From positions 1,851,832 through 1,915,831 of the forward strand of contig MNCI01000651.1 in assembly GCA_015680685.1 (NCBI GenBank): a stretch of DNA of 64,000 nt. The letters are read 5' to 3'. This document shows positions 52,188 through 64,000 of this stretch, one piece after another. Numbering within the stretch: the first letter of the stretch is position 1; each line of letters begins with the position of its first letter. Source of the DNA: Gnetum montanum (taxonomy: Eukaryota; Plantae; Gnetophyta). The translations under genes were made by a program, and so were the position numbers. The notes below the pieces were generated by a model. It was not told where the DNA came from. It ran no database searches and saw only the letters and a list, made by a program, of their open reading frames with translations.

Positions 52188-52650
52188 TGTAACATCCCAT
52201 TCCTTGTTAAGGCTGGAAATATATTATAAAAATGTAATTAATCTTCAAATTAAGTGGTGCCTAATTATGAGAAGTTATGATTATTTATGTATCCATTGGG
52301 AATGGGTTTGAACTATGCCATTTAAGGCCAAGTTTAGAGGTTGTTCCAGCATGGAGGTTGTGGAGCCATTTAAGGTGAAGCAAGAAAAGAAGGAATTGAT
52401 CATCCCTTCGAGTAGATATCCTAACTATGGTGGTAATGCTAAATTGCCTCTAAGGCTTAAGTGGCATGGGAAGATAACCTAGATGGCGTTATAGTATACC
52501 ACTCTTATTATTAAATTTTTTCTTAAATTTTTTCCCTATTACATGTACCAATCATTTATTTATAAAGTATTTTATGATATTTCCATTATATGTGATGAAT
52601 TAAGTGATGAATGAACATGTTTTTACAACATCTAAGAATGGGATGTCACA
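52188..52650 (+). repeat. 5' LTR (chromovirus)
   Basis: TGTAACATCCC...GGGATGTCACA; direct repeat of 61761-62241. Confidence 0.92.
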
Positions 52651-52652
52651 CT

Positions 52653-52663
52653 TGGTATCAGAG
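52653..52663 (+). promoter_or_regulatory. Primer-binding site, initiator tRNA-Met
   Basis: TGGTATCAGAG 2 nt after the LTR. Confidence 0.92.
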
Positions 52664-52820
52664 AAAATTACGATTCAAGATCCAAAGTGGTAGAAAAATA
52701 TTATTTTATTATTGTTGTTGTAAAATAGAAGTACATCCAAGAAGAATACATGTAAAAGAAGAAGCAAAACACAAGAATAAGGAAGATTTGGAATAAAAGG
52801 AATAAGGAAAAAAATAGTGA

Positions 52821-54154
52821 TCATTTGTTTTGGTGGAATGAGTCATGGAGATCTAAGACTATCTTCAATTCTACTTCTTGTTCTTCATCAATAACATCCT
52901 TTTTGCTTAGCATTACCTTGCATTCCACCAATCCATCACACAATTTCTTGATGTACTTAGTGACACTCTTTACTATAGCCACTGATTCCTCCCTTCTCTT
53001 TAGTTGGATTTCTAGCATCCTCATTTGAATTGATTGATCATCCATGTCTTTTTGTCATTCTTTCTCTTTCCTCTACACAAAAAAATATTAAAATTATGAG
53101 TTATGAACAAAAAAATCTAATATAAAGAAGAAAAAGAGAAGTGAAAAGAATAAAAACTACTCACCTAAAGCCATTCATTATCAATTTAAAGAAACTATTC
53201 AAAGGTTTGTAGATGGCAAGCTAGACATGTGGCACTCTCCAATTCTCCTAAGAGTTTCCCTATATGTTTGACAACTTCTAGAGTATCCTAGGAATTGGAT
53301 GAAAAGATGATAGAGCACTAGCCTATACTAATTCATAGTCTTCCTTGAAGTCACATGATTGTGAATCCATTATGTGGTAGATATCCTCATGAGCAGAGTA
53401 GAGTTTTTTCATGGTAATTTATTGATCAAGATGCTGAAGAAGCACAAGTTCTTCTTCAATAGCCACCACTATTTGTCTCATCAAATAGGGGGAGCCCAAG
53501 ATAGAGAAAGAAGGAATTACTAGAAAAAACCTAGGAGCTAGTGTCATTACTACCTATGGAAAGGAACCTCTTACAAGAGTTGCATGAATAGATGTCTCAC
53601 ATGGTGATCTTGATGAAGGAATGGAAGTTTGTTCAAAACTTATGCCTGTAGTATCATCTATCTCCATTTCTTGAATGAAGTACCTCCAACCTATGAAGAT
53701 CTGCAACATATGGAAAAGATAACATTCCACAAGAAGAAGGGAAAAAAAGGGAATTATTCAAACTTTAAATAATTAAAAATTACCTCTGGTTCCTTTCTTT
53801 TATCCTATCTCATATCTTTTTGTTGGGTTTGTTGTTGGCTTTTTGTCTTATAACTGCTAGGCTACCAAAACCTTGCTTAGTACATTACCTTTGTAAAAAG
53901 GAATTTATTAGAAAAGCAAGTAAAATAATAAACTAGGCTATTATTTACATCTATATATACATATATACCTTGAAGCTAGTAATTTCAATTTTTTCTTGGG
54001 GAAAAACCCTTCCAAAGGTTTGAGCACCTTGAATGAATGAAGTACCTTTAACATCTTCAGCCTATGCAGGTCTAGTCTATGCACTATAGATCGATTCCTT
54101 CTGTAGCCTAGAATGCACTATCAAATATATAAAAATACATAATTAATAATAATA

Positions 54155-54192
<38 letters not shown>

Positions 54193-55100
54193 CCTCTTAA
54201 TTTTGAGTCTACTACAAAGCCAGTTAACCCTTTGTACCATCCTCGATCTTACTCTTAAAAATTCTATCCTCTTTTAGAAATTAAGGACATAATCTAGGAT
54301 TGTAACACCTAAAGAGTTTGGATGAAGGATTATAACTTAAGATTAAACACATGATCAAGGGTACATAGCATATGGTATAAGGTTTATTAGGATTTTTTAG
54401 GATAGTAATAGCTCCACTTATGGCATTGTAGAAAGTAATAAAACAAGATAGTGACCAATCATAAACTCTACTAGTTATGGTACCATGGAGTACATAAATA
54501 GAATGGGTGCTAACATAAGTTTGGTGTTGATGCCATAAGACCTTACTATGGATGAACTGGCATAATTCAAAGTAAATTTCATTAATGAAATCATCATGAA
54601 GGAATTGACTTTTGTGAATAGAGCCATCACAAACATAATCAAGTAATTCTTTTTGATAAAATAATCAAAAAATTAGAAAAGAAAACTGATGAAATAAAAG
54701 GATCGTCCCCTTAGTCAAAACCTAAGATTGCTCAAATATCAGTGTGATTAACTATTATCACTCCAAAAATCAATTGTGAAGTGGAACTTTTACTTTTATT
54801 ATACTAATCACACCATTCCATTATTAAGAATTTGCAATATGATGGCTTGAAAATAGGGAAGACAAGTAATTCTAATAACCCTGAACCTATAAGGTATCGA
54901 AACTCCTCCTTCCCAAGCAAACTACACACACAATTATAAGCACTAATAGCATTATTCTGGTGTAAAAAAATGGGCACTGATTTGGAACTACCTGAAGGAG
55001 CATAAGGAACTTGAGAAGAAACCCAAGTAGGACACTTTAGAACCATGATGCCAATGGTTGAAATTATTGATGTTGCTTGCAATCTCTAAGAGGAATCCTT
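52821..55100 (-). pseudogene. Spliced antisense extra gene in chromovirus leader (PMD-like N-terminus, coiled-coil-like C-terminus)
   Basis: ORFs 54804-55082 and 52821-53045; minus-strand introns 53073-53164 (GTGAGT...TGTAG) and 53701-53783 (GTAA...TGCAG). Confidence 0.62.
54159..54190. repeat. (AT)n microsatellite
   Basis: Directly visible. Confidence 0.95.
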
Positions 55101-55904
55101 CAATATTTTTCTGATGCTATGTTGTGATGGACAAATACTTCTTTCCTTCATGTGTTTATAAAAGAATAGCAACAATATTAGCAGGAGGAAACAAGAAGTA
55201 TTAACTTAAGTTAATTAATTATTTAATAAATATAACACTCACTTTTCTTGATTTTTTTATTGATAGGTCAAGAAAAATAGTGCTATCTCTAGCTTAATGT
55301 ATAGTGGTCTCTGAGACGATTCTAGTTGTACCAATTTTGTCAAAATCCAACTTATAGTTTAGGAGATATGGTGTTTCTTGGGTTATGTGTATTTTTTTAA
55401 AAAAGAGGTTTCTTAAAATTTTAAATTTCTTTCTATTTAAAAAAAGTAAAAAAAAAAAGTATGAGGTTTTAGGTTCAACTCCAAGCCCCAATCATTCTCT
55501 TTCTTTAAAAAAATTTTAGGGCCATCTGTTAGCAAAGGCCATATTGGCCCTAGAGGGGGCCACACAAGCATTGCTAAGGACCATGTTAGCCATACATAGG
55601 TCATGCTAGCCCTATGGCCCATGCAAGTCCTACAAGGGCCACACTAGCCTTGTAGGGATGGCAATGCACCTCTTATTTTGAGGGTCATCATCCAACGATG
55701 ATCATGCACCACCCTCCTAGTTTGACCTTGTAGCCACCACACATTGTCCTACCACTAGACATCACCCTACTACCATGCACCATCCTATTGTGTTGTGCTC
55801 TATTATTTCCCATTTCTCCACTACCACCTATTACTCTGATGTTTCCACACATCACATCTTGCCCATTTCTCTATTCTAGTGCTTGGCACCACCACATGTC
55901 GATA

Positions 55905-56175
55905 GTGTTAATGCACACAAACAACACCGTCCATAAAGAGCTACCTCAATGCTCCATATGCACTAACCATACCACATATAAAGGGCTATCTTGGTGCTCT
56001 ATGGGCATCAATGGCATCATCCATAAAGAACTCCCTTGGTACTATGCGGGTACTAACACTGCCACACATAAAGGGCTACCTCAGTGCTTTATGGGCACTA
56101 ACTGTGCTATCCATAAAGGGCTTCCCTAATGCCCCACAGACATCGATGATGCTACCCATAACGAGCATCTCTGAT
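55905..56175 (+). repeat. 45-bp tandem repeat x~6
   Basis: CATAAAG-like core recurs at 55932, 55977, 56022, 56067, 56112 and 56157. Confidence 0.88.
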
Positions 56176-56902
56176 GCCAATGATCACTACAAAAAATACC
56201 TCTCCTAGCAAATGCACTGCCACTCTATACTCATACATTGATGCTTCAGCTATGTAGTAACCTAGGTCCATTATCAGCATTTCTTCTTACATGAGCTATC
56301 TTGGCCCTTAATGAGGACTACATGGAACCTTGTGGAAGTTGTGTAGGCTCCATTTAAACTGTGCAAGTCCAACACTAGGTGTGTTGGCCCCAATTTGACC
56401 TTACACACTCCACTTGGGGTTACGCATGCTCCTATGGAAGCTACATCAATCTCTTTGAGGGTTGCACAGGCCCATGTGGGGGCCACACCAACCCTATGCT
56501 AGACTCATTGGCTCTTTGTAGGCTATACAACCTTTCTATGTGGGCTCCATTGTAGGGTGCATAGTCTACACCTAGATCGCATTAGCCTGTTGTGAGCTAA
56601 AAACTTTGACACTACACCATAGTAGGAAAGAAGATGCCAATGTGCTATAGACACACACCACTAGGCCACCACCTACCTCTAATCACATCACTATTTCTAC
56701 CACCTTTTGACCTATTCCCGATGTCACCATTGCTACCACTATGGCCATTACTACTATCATTCCTATCTATTGCATGAAAGAGAATTCTCATCAACTAATG
56801 AAAATGTTGAAATTCCTATCATTGAGTCATTATTTTAAAAAAAGAATGCATGAAAATAATGTTCAAAATTAGAATTTGACACATTGGTAGCAACAAGGAT
56901 AC

Positions 56903-56968
56903 AATTTCATAATTAAGCACACTCATCCTAGAGTAAAATTAGGATGGGTGACCTCTCAAGAAGTCTCG
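56903..56968 (+). promoter_or_regulatory. 5S rRNA-derived segment (A-box/IE/C-box region), degenerate
   Basis: Ungapped match to the 3' half of plant 5S rRNA including exact TAGGATGGGTGACCTC; most mismatches are transitions. Confidence 0.7.
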
Positions 56969-57159
56969 AAGATCATGTAAATTTTTGCAACTTAAAGCAA
57001 CCATAACTTTTGATTTTGAAATCTATTTTCATTTAAACAAAAATTGATTCTAATAGAATTAAACCTTTTGGACATAATGGAATCGTCAAATTAAGCCTTT
57101 GGACAAAAAAATTATGTTTTAATCTATTATTTAAATTCCTAGAATAATTAGCATTCTAT

Positions 57160-60100
57160 GGTCAAGTAGAAATCCATGATATTTTCAACCTCTTCTGAAA
57201 TTGCTTGATTATCTCAAGATCCATAAAAAGGGCCATAGAGACCAAGGATTGCCAACATGCCTAATTTCTTCAATTTATCAATGTCTAGAACTCAAAGAGT
57301 ACATTATAGAATGATAGAGACATGATTCAATTACTAAATTAATGCCCTTGAGGATTAAATTAATGAGACTAGGGGTGTTCAAGAAGAGCTTTATCAATCA
57401 AATTAAGGATTCAAGACAAAGATGTAGAATATGTTCAAAGAAATCAGGAAATTATCTCAAAGTTCATAAAATAAATGATTGGATGTGTAAGAAAAAATGA
57501 ATTCCTATGCAAACTCCATCAAGCAATTAACTAACCATCTCACTCAACCTTCAAATCTTAGTCATGTTCCACCTAGGCCTAAACACCAAGATTAAGATCA
57601 ACTTTTCCCTAGGGATCTACCTTGAAACCAACCCCTAGCTACTGGACATCAAGATGTTGATATCCCTTCATCAGGTCAAAGAATGGAAATCAAGGATGAG
57701 GGATACTAGAATTGGTAGAATCCATCATGAGAATCATTAACACAAGTTCATGCCAAGAAGGTAAAATTATATCATTATGATGGAGCCCTTGGATCCAGTG
57801 TAAAGAAAATTTATTAGCTTGATGCAATGAAAAATTACTTTGATGTGCTGAATCTGTCAAGTTAAGAACATTTAAAAGTCATCTTCCTATATTTAAGAAG
57901 ACTTACAGAAACATGGTGAAATGAATTGAGATCTCAAGGTTTGATTACAAATTGACTCAACTCTTGTCAAGATTTAGAATAAAAATTTGTACCCAATTCT
58001 TTCCTTAAAAAGCTTAAGATGAGATTTGGTTCCTTAATATTGGGAAGGCAATCCATAGAAGATTACTACAAGGAATTCTATGATCTCTCTCGATATGTAA
58101 GCAACTAGGATGAGGGAGAATTAGCTTTAAAATTCATTGGTGGACTACATGCACAATTGCATTCCAAAACATAAGCACATAATCCTCAAATAATTGATGA
58201 AGCATATAAAATTGCTAATGATTATGAAGAATTGAATCAAGTACAAACTACCCTTTAATAAGAAATGGTAGAAGAAACACTAACCAAAAGAACTCAATCA
58301 GAGTTGAGATGTTTTATTTGTGATGAAGGTAATTGCATATGAGACTATCCAAAATTACAAAAAAAGGTATAATAGACCAATCAATCTAGGAATCAAAAAT
58401 CCAACCAAAACACAAACAAAGGAAAAATCCAAACCACAACCACAATCATGAAGAATATTTCTGCATAAGCTAAGTTAGGTTTGTGTCAATTTCAATTTCA
58501 TTTACTGATTTTTGAAGGTTCAATTAAATTTTTGATTGATTGTGGCACCAATGATAAATTTATTTCTCCAAAGTTAATTAAGTTATTGAAATTAAGTATA
58601 CCTTCCAAGAAAATTATTAAGATAAAACTTGTAAATGAAATGACTTTCAAGAGAATTATCAGGTACAAAGAAATTACCTTTACATTTCAAGACATGTCTT
58701 TATTTGATGAATTCTATAAATTTAAACTAAGTGATGTTAAGGAAATTTTAGGAATGTCTTTCCTGCAAAACTTTGATGTTACTACCCACTTCAAAACTTG
58801 TATTTTAAAAGTCCCAACCACTAATGGAGTTAGGGTTCTAAGTGGGGTCAGAATAGTAAAGAAAATCCACATGATAAACATTAAGCAAGCCAAAATATTA
58901 TTCAAAAAGGATGCTATGACGTTGGTTGTCAAACTAACTCAACCTTAGAAATATTTAGGTGTTAAGATTCCAAAAGAACTTGAGAAACATAAAGATTCAA
59001 TATATGGTAAAACTAGAGAACTACCTCTAAAAAGAAGTATTAAGCATGCTATTGATATTTTTGCTAATACACAACCTATTTCAAAAGCCCCTTATATATT
59101 TTCCACTTCTAAATTAATAGAATTGAAAATAAAATTAGATCAACTTTTGGAAGAATGAAAAATTTGACCTAGCATATCACCTTGGGGTACACCAGTCTTA
59201 TTCATTAAAAAGAAAGATGATACATTAATATTATGAATTAATTATAGGACATTGACTAAAGTGAAGATTAAAAATAATTATCTTTTTCTTAAGATTGATG
59301 ACTTTTTTGATCAACATATGGGTGCATGTTATGTTTCAAAGATTGATTTAAAATTAGGTTATCATCAAATAAGGATTAAGAATAAAGATATTGAGAACAC
59401 TACGTTTAGAACCAATGATGGATTATACAAAATTGTTGTGATACCATTTGGATTAACTAATGGACTTGCAACATTCATGGCATTAATGAATAATATTTTT
59501 CATGAATATCTTGATCAATTCTTTATAGTATTTATGGATGATACACTTGTTTACTCTAAGTCAAGAGAAGAACATGTCAAACATTTGAAAATTACAATGA
59601 AATTTCTTAAAGAACATTAGTTGAAAGTAAAATTAAGTAAATGTGAAATCTTTAAAGAAGAAGTCTCTTAGGTAGGCCATATAGTTTCTAACAAAGAATT
59701 ACAAGTAGATCCAACAAAAGTTAGTGCAATTAGAGACTAGTCTAAACTAAAAGATGCTATAACAATTTGTAGTTTCTTTGGTTTAATAGGTTTTTACCAA
59801 TGTTTCATTAAATATTATTCTACTTTGGTAGCCCCATTGACTAACCTTTTATAATAAAAATTGCTAGTCATCTACAATCAAAGATCCAAAAAAGTATGTC
59901 ATCTACAAAATCTAAAGTTTGGAGAAAATTGCTAGTCATCTACAATCAAAGATCCAAAAAAGCTAGCAACTTGGGAAAAGGTTTGTACTAAAAATTGATC
60001 ATAAAAGTTTAGAATATTAGTAGAGGCAACATATTTTGAATACTTAACAATGATGATGGGTAGAATTATTAGCTAAATATGATTTTGAAATCAAATATAT

Positions 60101-61750
60101 TTTTGAGAAACAAAATGTAGCAGTTGATGCCCTGCGTTGTATGTAAAACTTGATTATAGATGTGGTAACAAGCCCTATGGAAGAAGAAATTAAGGGATAG
60201 ATAAGAGAATATCCTTATTTCAATAATATTCTAATAAATATTTCCTTTGAGCCCTAATATCAACTTTCTTCTAATGGTTTATTAATGAAAGGAAAAAGAG
60301 TATGCATACTAGAAAGAAATTGGAGACTAAGGTTGTTGTGTGAAGCTCATGAAGTACCATATGTGGAACATCCAAGTTATAATAACACTGATACGATTTT
60401 ATGCAAATATTAATTCTAGCCTAGAATGAAAAATGATGTCTCCTCGTACATTAAAATTTTCCCAACCTACCAAGGAATTAAAGTTGAACAAAGAGAACCT
60501 AGTGGATTATTATTTCCTTTTGAAGTCACAACCTAGAAATGGGAAGATGTTACCATGGATTTCATTGTGGGATTCCCAATAGCCAAAAGGAAAATGACTT
60601 AATTCTGGTAGTGGTTGATCATCTATCAAAGATGGCATATTTTATAGCTTTGAAATCTACAAAAGCATCCAAAAAAGTAGTCCAAAAATTCATACAAGTA
60701 TTTTAGTTGCATGGATGTCAAAAATCTATCACTTTGGCTCAAGATTCTAAGTTCATATCTGAATTCTGCAAAAATTTCTTCAAAGAGCTTAGAACCAAAT
60801 TGAAAGTTAGCACATCTTGTCACCCAGAGACCAATGGATAAATCGAATGTTTGAATAGAATATTAGAAGATATTTTAAGAAGCTACATTGGAAGTAGACC
60901 GAAAACATGGGAGAATTACTTGCATATGTAGAATTTTCCTGTAACAATAATTATCAAAGTTCCATACATCAAACACCATTTGAAGTAGTATATGGGCATA
61001 ACTATCATACACCACTAACTTGGGTAGATCAAACTTTAAGAAAAAAATGGAAAAAATAAGAAATGAAAATAATTATAAATATTGTAACAAGAGTTCAACA
61101 AAATTTACAAACTATCCAAGATAAATATAAGGGATATGCAAATAAACATCAACTTAAGAAATAATTCCAAGTGGAAGATCAAGTAATACTAAGAGTAAAA
61201 CCTACCAAAAGTTCTCTTAAACTTGGAAACTATACTAAATTGGCACCTAGATATTGTGAACCCTTTGATATCTCTGAAAGAATAGGTGAAGTGGCATATC
61301 AATTAAATCTTTTAGTAGCTTTAAAAATCCACCTAGTTTTCCATGTAAGTTTGCTAAAGAAATTTCATGTAAATGATGTCCCTTATGTGCTAGACTAGAA
61401 TACTTTGCCATGGAAATCCAATACTAGCTTTGAAGTTGAACCCATTGTAATTAAAAACCATCAAACCAAGAACTTATAAAATAAAACTATTAGTGAAGTA
61501 CTTGTTCAAAAATTGAATTATGATCAGTAGACTTGGGAAAATTGGAAGTTTATTTTTAATAATTACCCCGAAATTTTCGATCATCATGATATTGATGTAA
61601 CAAATTATATTTTATAATTTTTGGTCTTTTCTTTGTATAGATGATAATGAGAATAATAAAGAAGTTAGAGCTAAGGAGCATCATGAAGAAGTAGCAGCTA
61701 AGTAGCTACATATAGAGAAAGCACTCAAGGATGAGCTATATGTTTAAGGG
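57160..61750 (+). pseudogene. gag-pol: Degenerate chromovirus gag-pol
   Basis: RCFICDE (zinc-knuckle remnant), FLIDCGTNDKFIS (protease), SKIDLKLGYHQIRI...FMDDTLVYS (RT), WEDVTMDFIVGFP (integrase), LAPRYCEPF...HLVFHVSLLKK, chromodomain; start approximate. Confidence 0.92.
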
Positions 61751-61760
61751 TTGGATAGAT

Positions 61761-62241
61761 TATAACATCTCATCCCTTGTTTAGGGTGAAAACATATTAC
61801 AAAAATGTATTTAACCTTCAAATGCAAAGATGCCTCATTATGAGGAGTTACGATTATTCATGTATCCTTTGAGAATGGGTTTAACCTATGTCATTTAAGG
61901 TTTGGTTTAGAGGTTGTACCAACATGAAGTTATGGAGTCTAGAAAGGTAAGTGATAGAAGTTGGATGAAGTGAAAAATGAAGGGACTAATCACCCCTTTG
62001 GCTAGATACCCTAACCATGGTGGTAGTGTCAGATTGCCTCTAGGGCTTAAGTGGCATAGGAAGATAACCTAGATGATGTTACATTATATCATTCTTATTA
62101 ATAAATTTTTTCTCTTTTCATCTTTCCTATTCCATGTACCATTCATTCATTTATTAAGTATTTTATGGTGTTTCTATTATATGTGATGAATTAAGTGATC
62201 AACGAACATGTTCTTACAACATCCAAGAATTGGATGTCATA
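61761..62241 (+). repeat. 3' LTR (chromovirus)
   Basis: TATAACATC...GGATGTCATA (deaminated termini); preceded by PPT-like TAAGGGTTGGATAGAT. Confidence 0.9.
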
Positions 62242-62769
62242 AATAGGATCGATAAGAAGATATCTGATAGAGATGGAGGTATTTTCCCCATGTAGTGTTG
62301 TTTATTTTTACATTTTTTCTTCATTCACCTAGAGCCTAGATGTAAGGTCTTACAGCAAGAGCATTAATTCCAGATGAATACTAGGATTTGACAAAACTGT
62401 AAGCTTACTCAAAATGGGATTGTGAGAGGATAAAAATGGTTGTGGTGGTATAATGGCTAGCATGGAAATTTGTGGTATGCTATACTAGGATACATGCTAC
62501 ATAGGTGGAGAAAATGGTAATAATGCTTGTGCTAATTGACCTTGTGGCTTATGTGATATTGGTTCAAAAAGTTTTAACATTAAATTGGAATTTGAAAGAT
62601 GGGATGATGGATTAATAGCATTGGTTTTTGAAAAGAGAGTACATGTGGATGGCATGCTAGTTACTGGTGAAATTATGATAGCAAGATTAATTGAAGTGAA
62701 TAGTAAGACATAAATGTTATATGATTTAGGAACTGAAAAAGGATTTAAGGAGCTAACAAGGTTCACATG

Positions 62770-64000
62770 TGATGAGCAGTGAGGTACCCCTATACCAAAC
62801 CATATGAAGCATAGGCATTCACATGTGATCCAGTTGAATTCTGCAAACTTTAATTACCAAGTATGCTAGAGCTAAGTAGTGAGTTCGTGTTGTCTGTTTG
62901 TTGTCTTCCTAGTCTCACTTGTGAAATGCAAGTATATGATTAAGTGTGACTAAGGCATAAAATTTTTATTATTTTTTGTTTTATCAATTGATTGCCTAAA
63001 ACAAGAATAAAAGTGAGAGTAACTAAGTGCTAAGTAAACTAATATCTAATCTAGCCTAATACAAGTAACCATCCCTTCTTCCTGAACACATCCTGAACTT
63101 CATGTAAACACTGTTGGGTTGACAAACTCTAATTGTTTCTAAGCTACCAAGTGTCACAAGTATGTTCAAAGGGGTTGTGCTTGTGTATTTTAATCAGTTG
63201 CTTAATTAATCAAAATTAATTGCTGAATGAATAACATTAATGTAAATTGCATGAAATCATAATATGTAAATGCATAAAGAAAGAAAGTCTCAAGTGCTGC
63301 AAGGATGAATCAAAGATCTCATCTTTATTGCCAACACAATGGTGTGTCTAGGTACATCAATGCTTAAATAAAGATTTGATCACACTTAGATCTCCTATTG
63401 AAAGCACTTGGAAAATATTTTAACTCTCAAATGAACAAACTACAAGAGTTTTTCTACTTGACTACCAAAAACTACTTCCAATTGTTTGCTTGAGGGTTGT
63501 ATTTATGGACTTGGAGGTAACCCTATGATATCGAATGCTCAATATTGCATCTTGAGCCATGATATCGCGTACCCAAAATCATGATTGCTCCAATATTGAA
63601 GCTTAAGTAAAACATGATTCATCATACCCCCACAACTAAATGAAAACTTGTCCTTGAGTACAAGAGGAACAAGTCCCTTACAAAATATATTAGGAGGAAT
63701 GGAATGTTTGACTAAGATGTAGAGTGACATAGAGAAAATAGAAAAATACAGAAGTACCCTAGCATATTACAATTGTGTACAAAATTGGATGTTCATAACA
63801 ATAGGAGAGAACACCCTCAGATCCAATAGACATCCAACCCCTTTTAGCAACAAAAGAATGAGGGAGAGGTAGTAGAGAGCTAGCAGGCAAGGATGATTTC
63901 TTGTGAGTGATATTGTTGCATCCTCCTTGGTGAAGATAGTCTCACTTCTAGTCCATGCTCCCCACTACAATCACAACAAAATCACGGATTAGTATATAAA
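62770..64000 (-). mobile_element. 3' end of an Athila-like element (LTR 62770-63624, PPT 63625-63638, 3' internal region running off the window)
   Basis: TGATGAGC...TTCATCA LTR similar to the other Athila-like LTRs; rc PPT TAGTTGTGGGGGTA. Confidence 0.85.

Larger units (their letters stand above)
52188..62241 (+). mobile_element. Full-length degenerate chromovirus with ~4.5 kb 5' leader
   Basis: LTRs 52188-52650 and 61761-62241, perfect TSD AATAG (52183-52187, 62242-62246), tRNA-Met PBS, gag-pol-chromodomain. Confidence 0.93.

Noticed and set aside
56903-56968. Functional 5S rRNA gene
   Set aside because: Only the internal ~65 nt match; 5' part and terminator are absent and it is heavily mutated.

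Overview
AT-rich, CpG-depleted land-plant DNA made almost entirely of nested, decayed Ty3/gypsy LTR retrotransposons; no intact host gene was seen. Reconstructed layout: (1) a truncated chromovirus on the minus strand (1267-4325). (2) A large Tat-like element 'A' on the minus strand (gag ~47.6-49.7 kb, protease split at 32615/47256, RT-RH-second RNase H 11.6-13.5 kb). It carries three nested insertions: a gag-pro-only Athila-like element (4379-11632), a full Athila-like element (19411-28969) and a related Tat-like element 'B' lacking RT/RH/INT (32616-47255), which itself holds a chromovirus solo LTR. (3) A third Tat-like gag-pro remnant split by a complete chromovirus (52188-62241, TSD AATAG). 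(4) The 3' end of another Athila-like element (62770-64000). Main observations: A and B each carry a homologous, multi-exon ANTISENSE gene downstream of protease (in A apparently between protease and RT), conserved in protein sequence and splice sites. The complete chromovirus has a ~4.5 kb leader holding a spliced antisense PMD-like gene and a 5S rRNA-like Pol III promoter segment upstream of gag. All alignments and translations were done by eye; lineage names are by motif recognition only.
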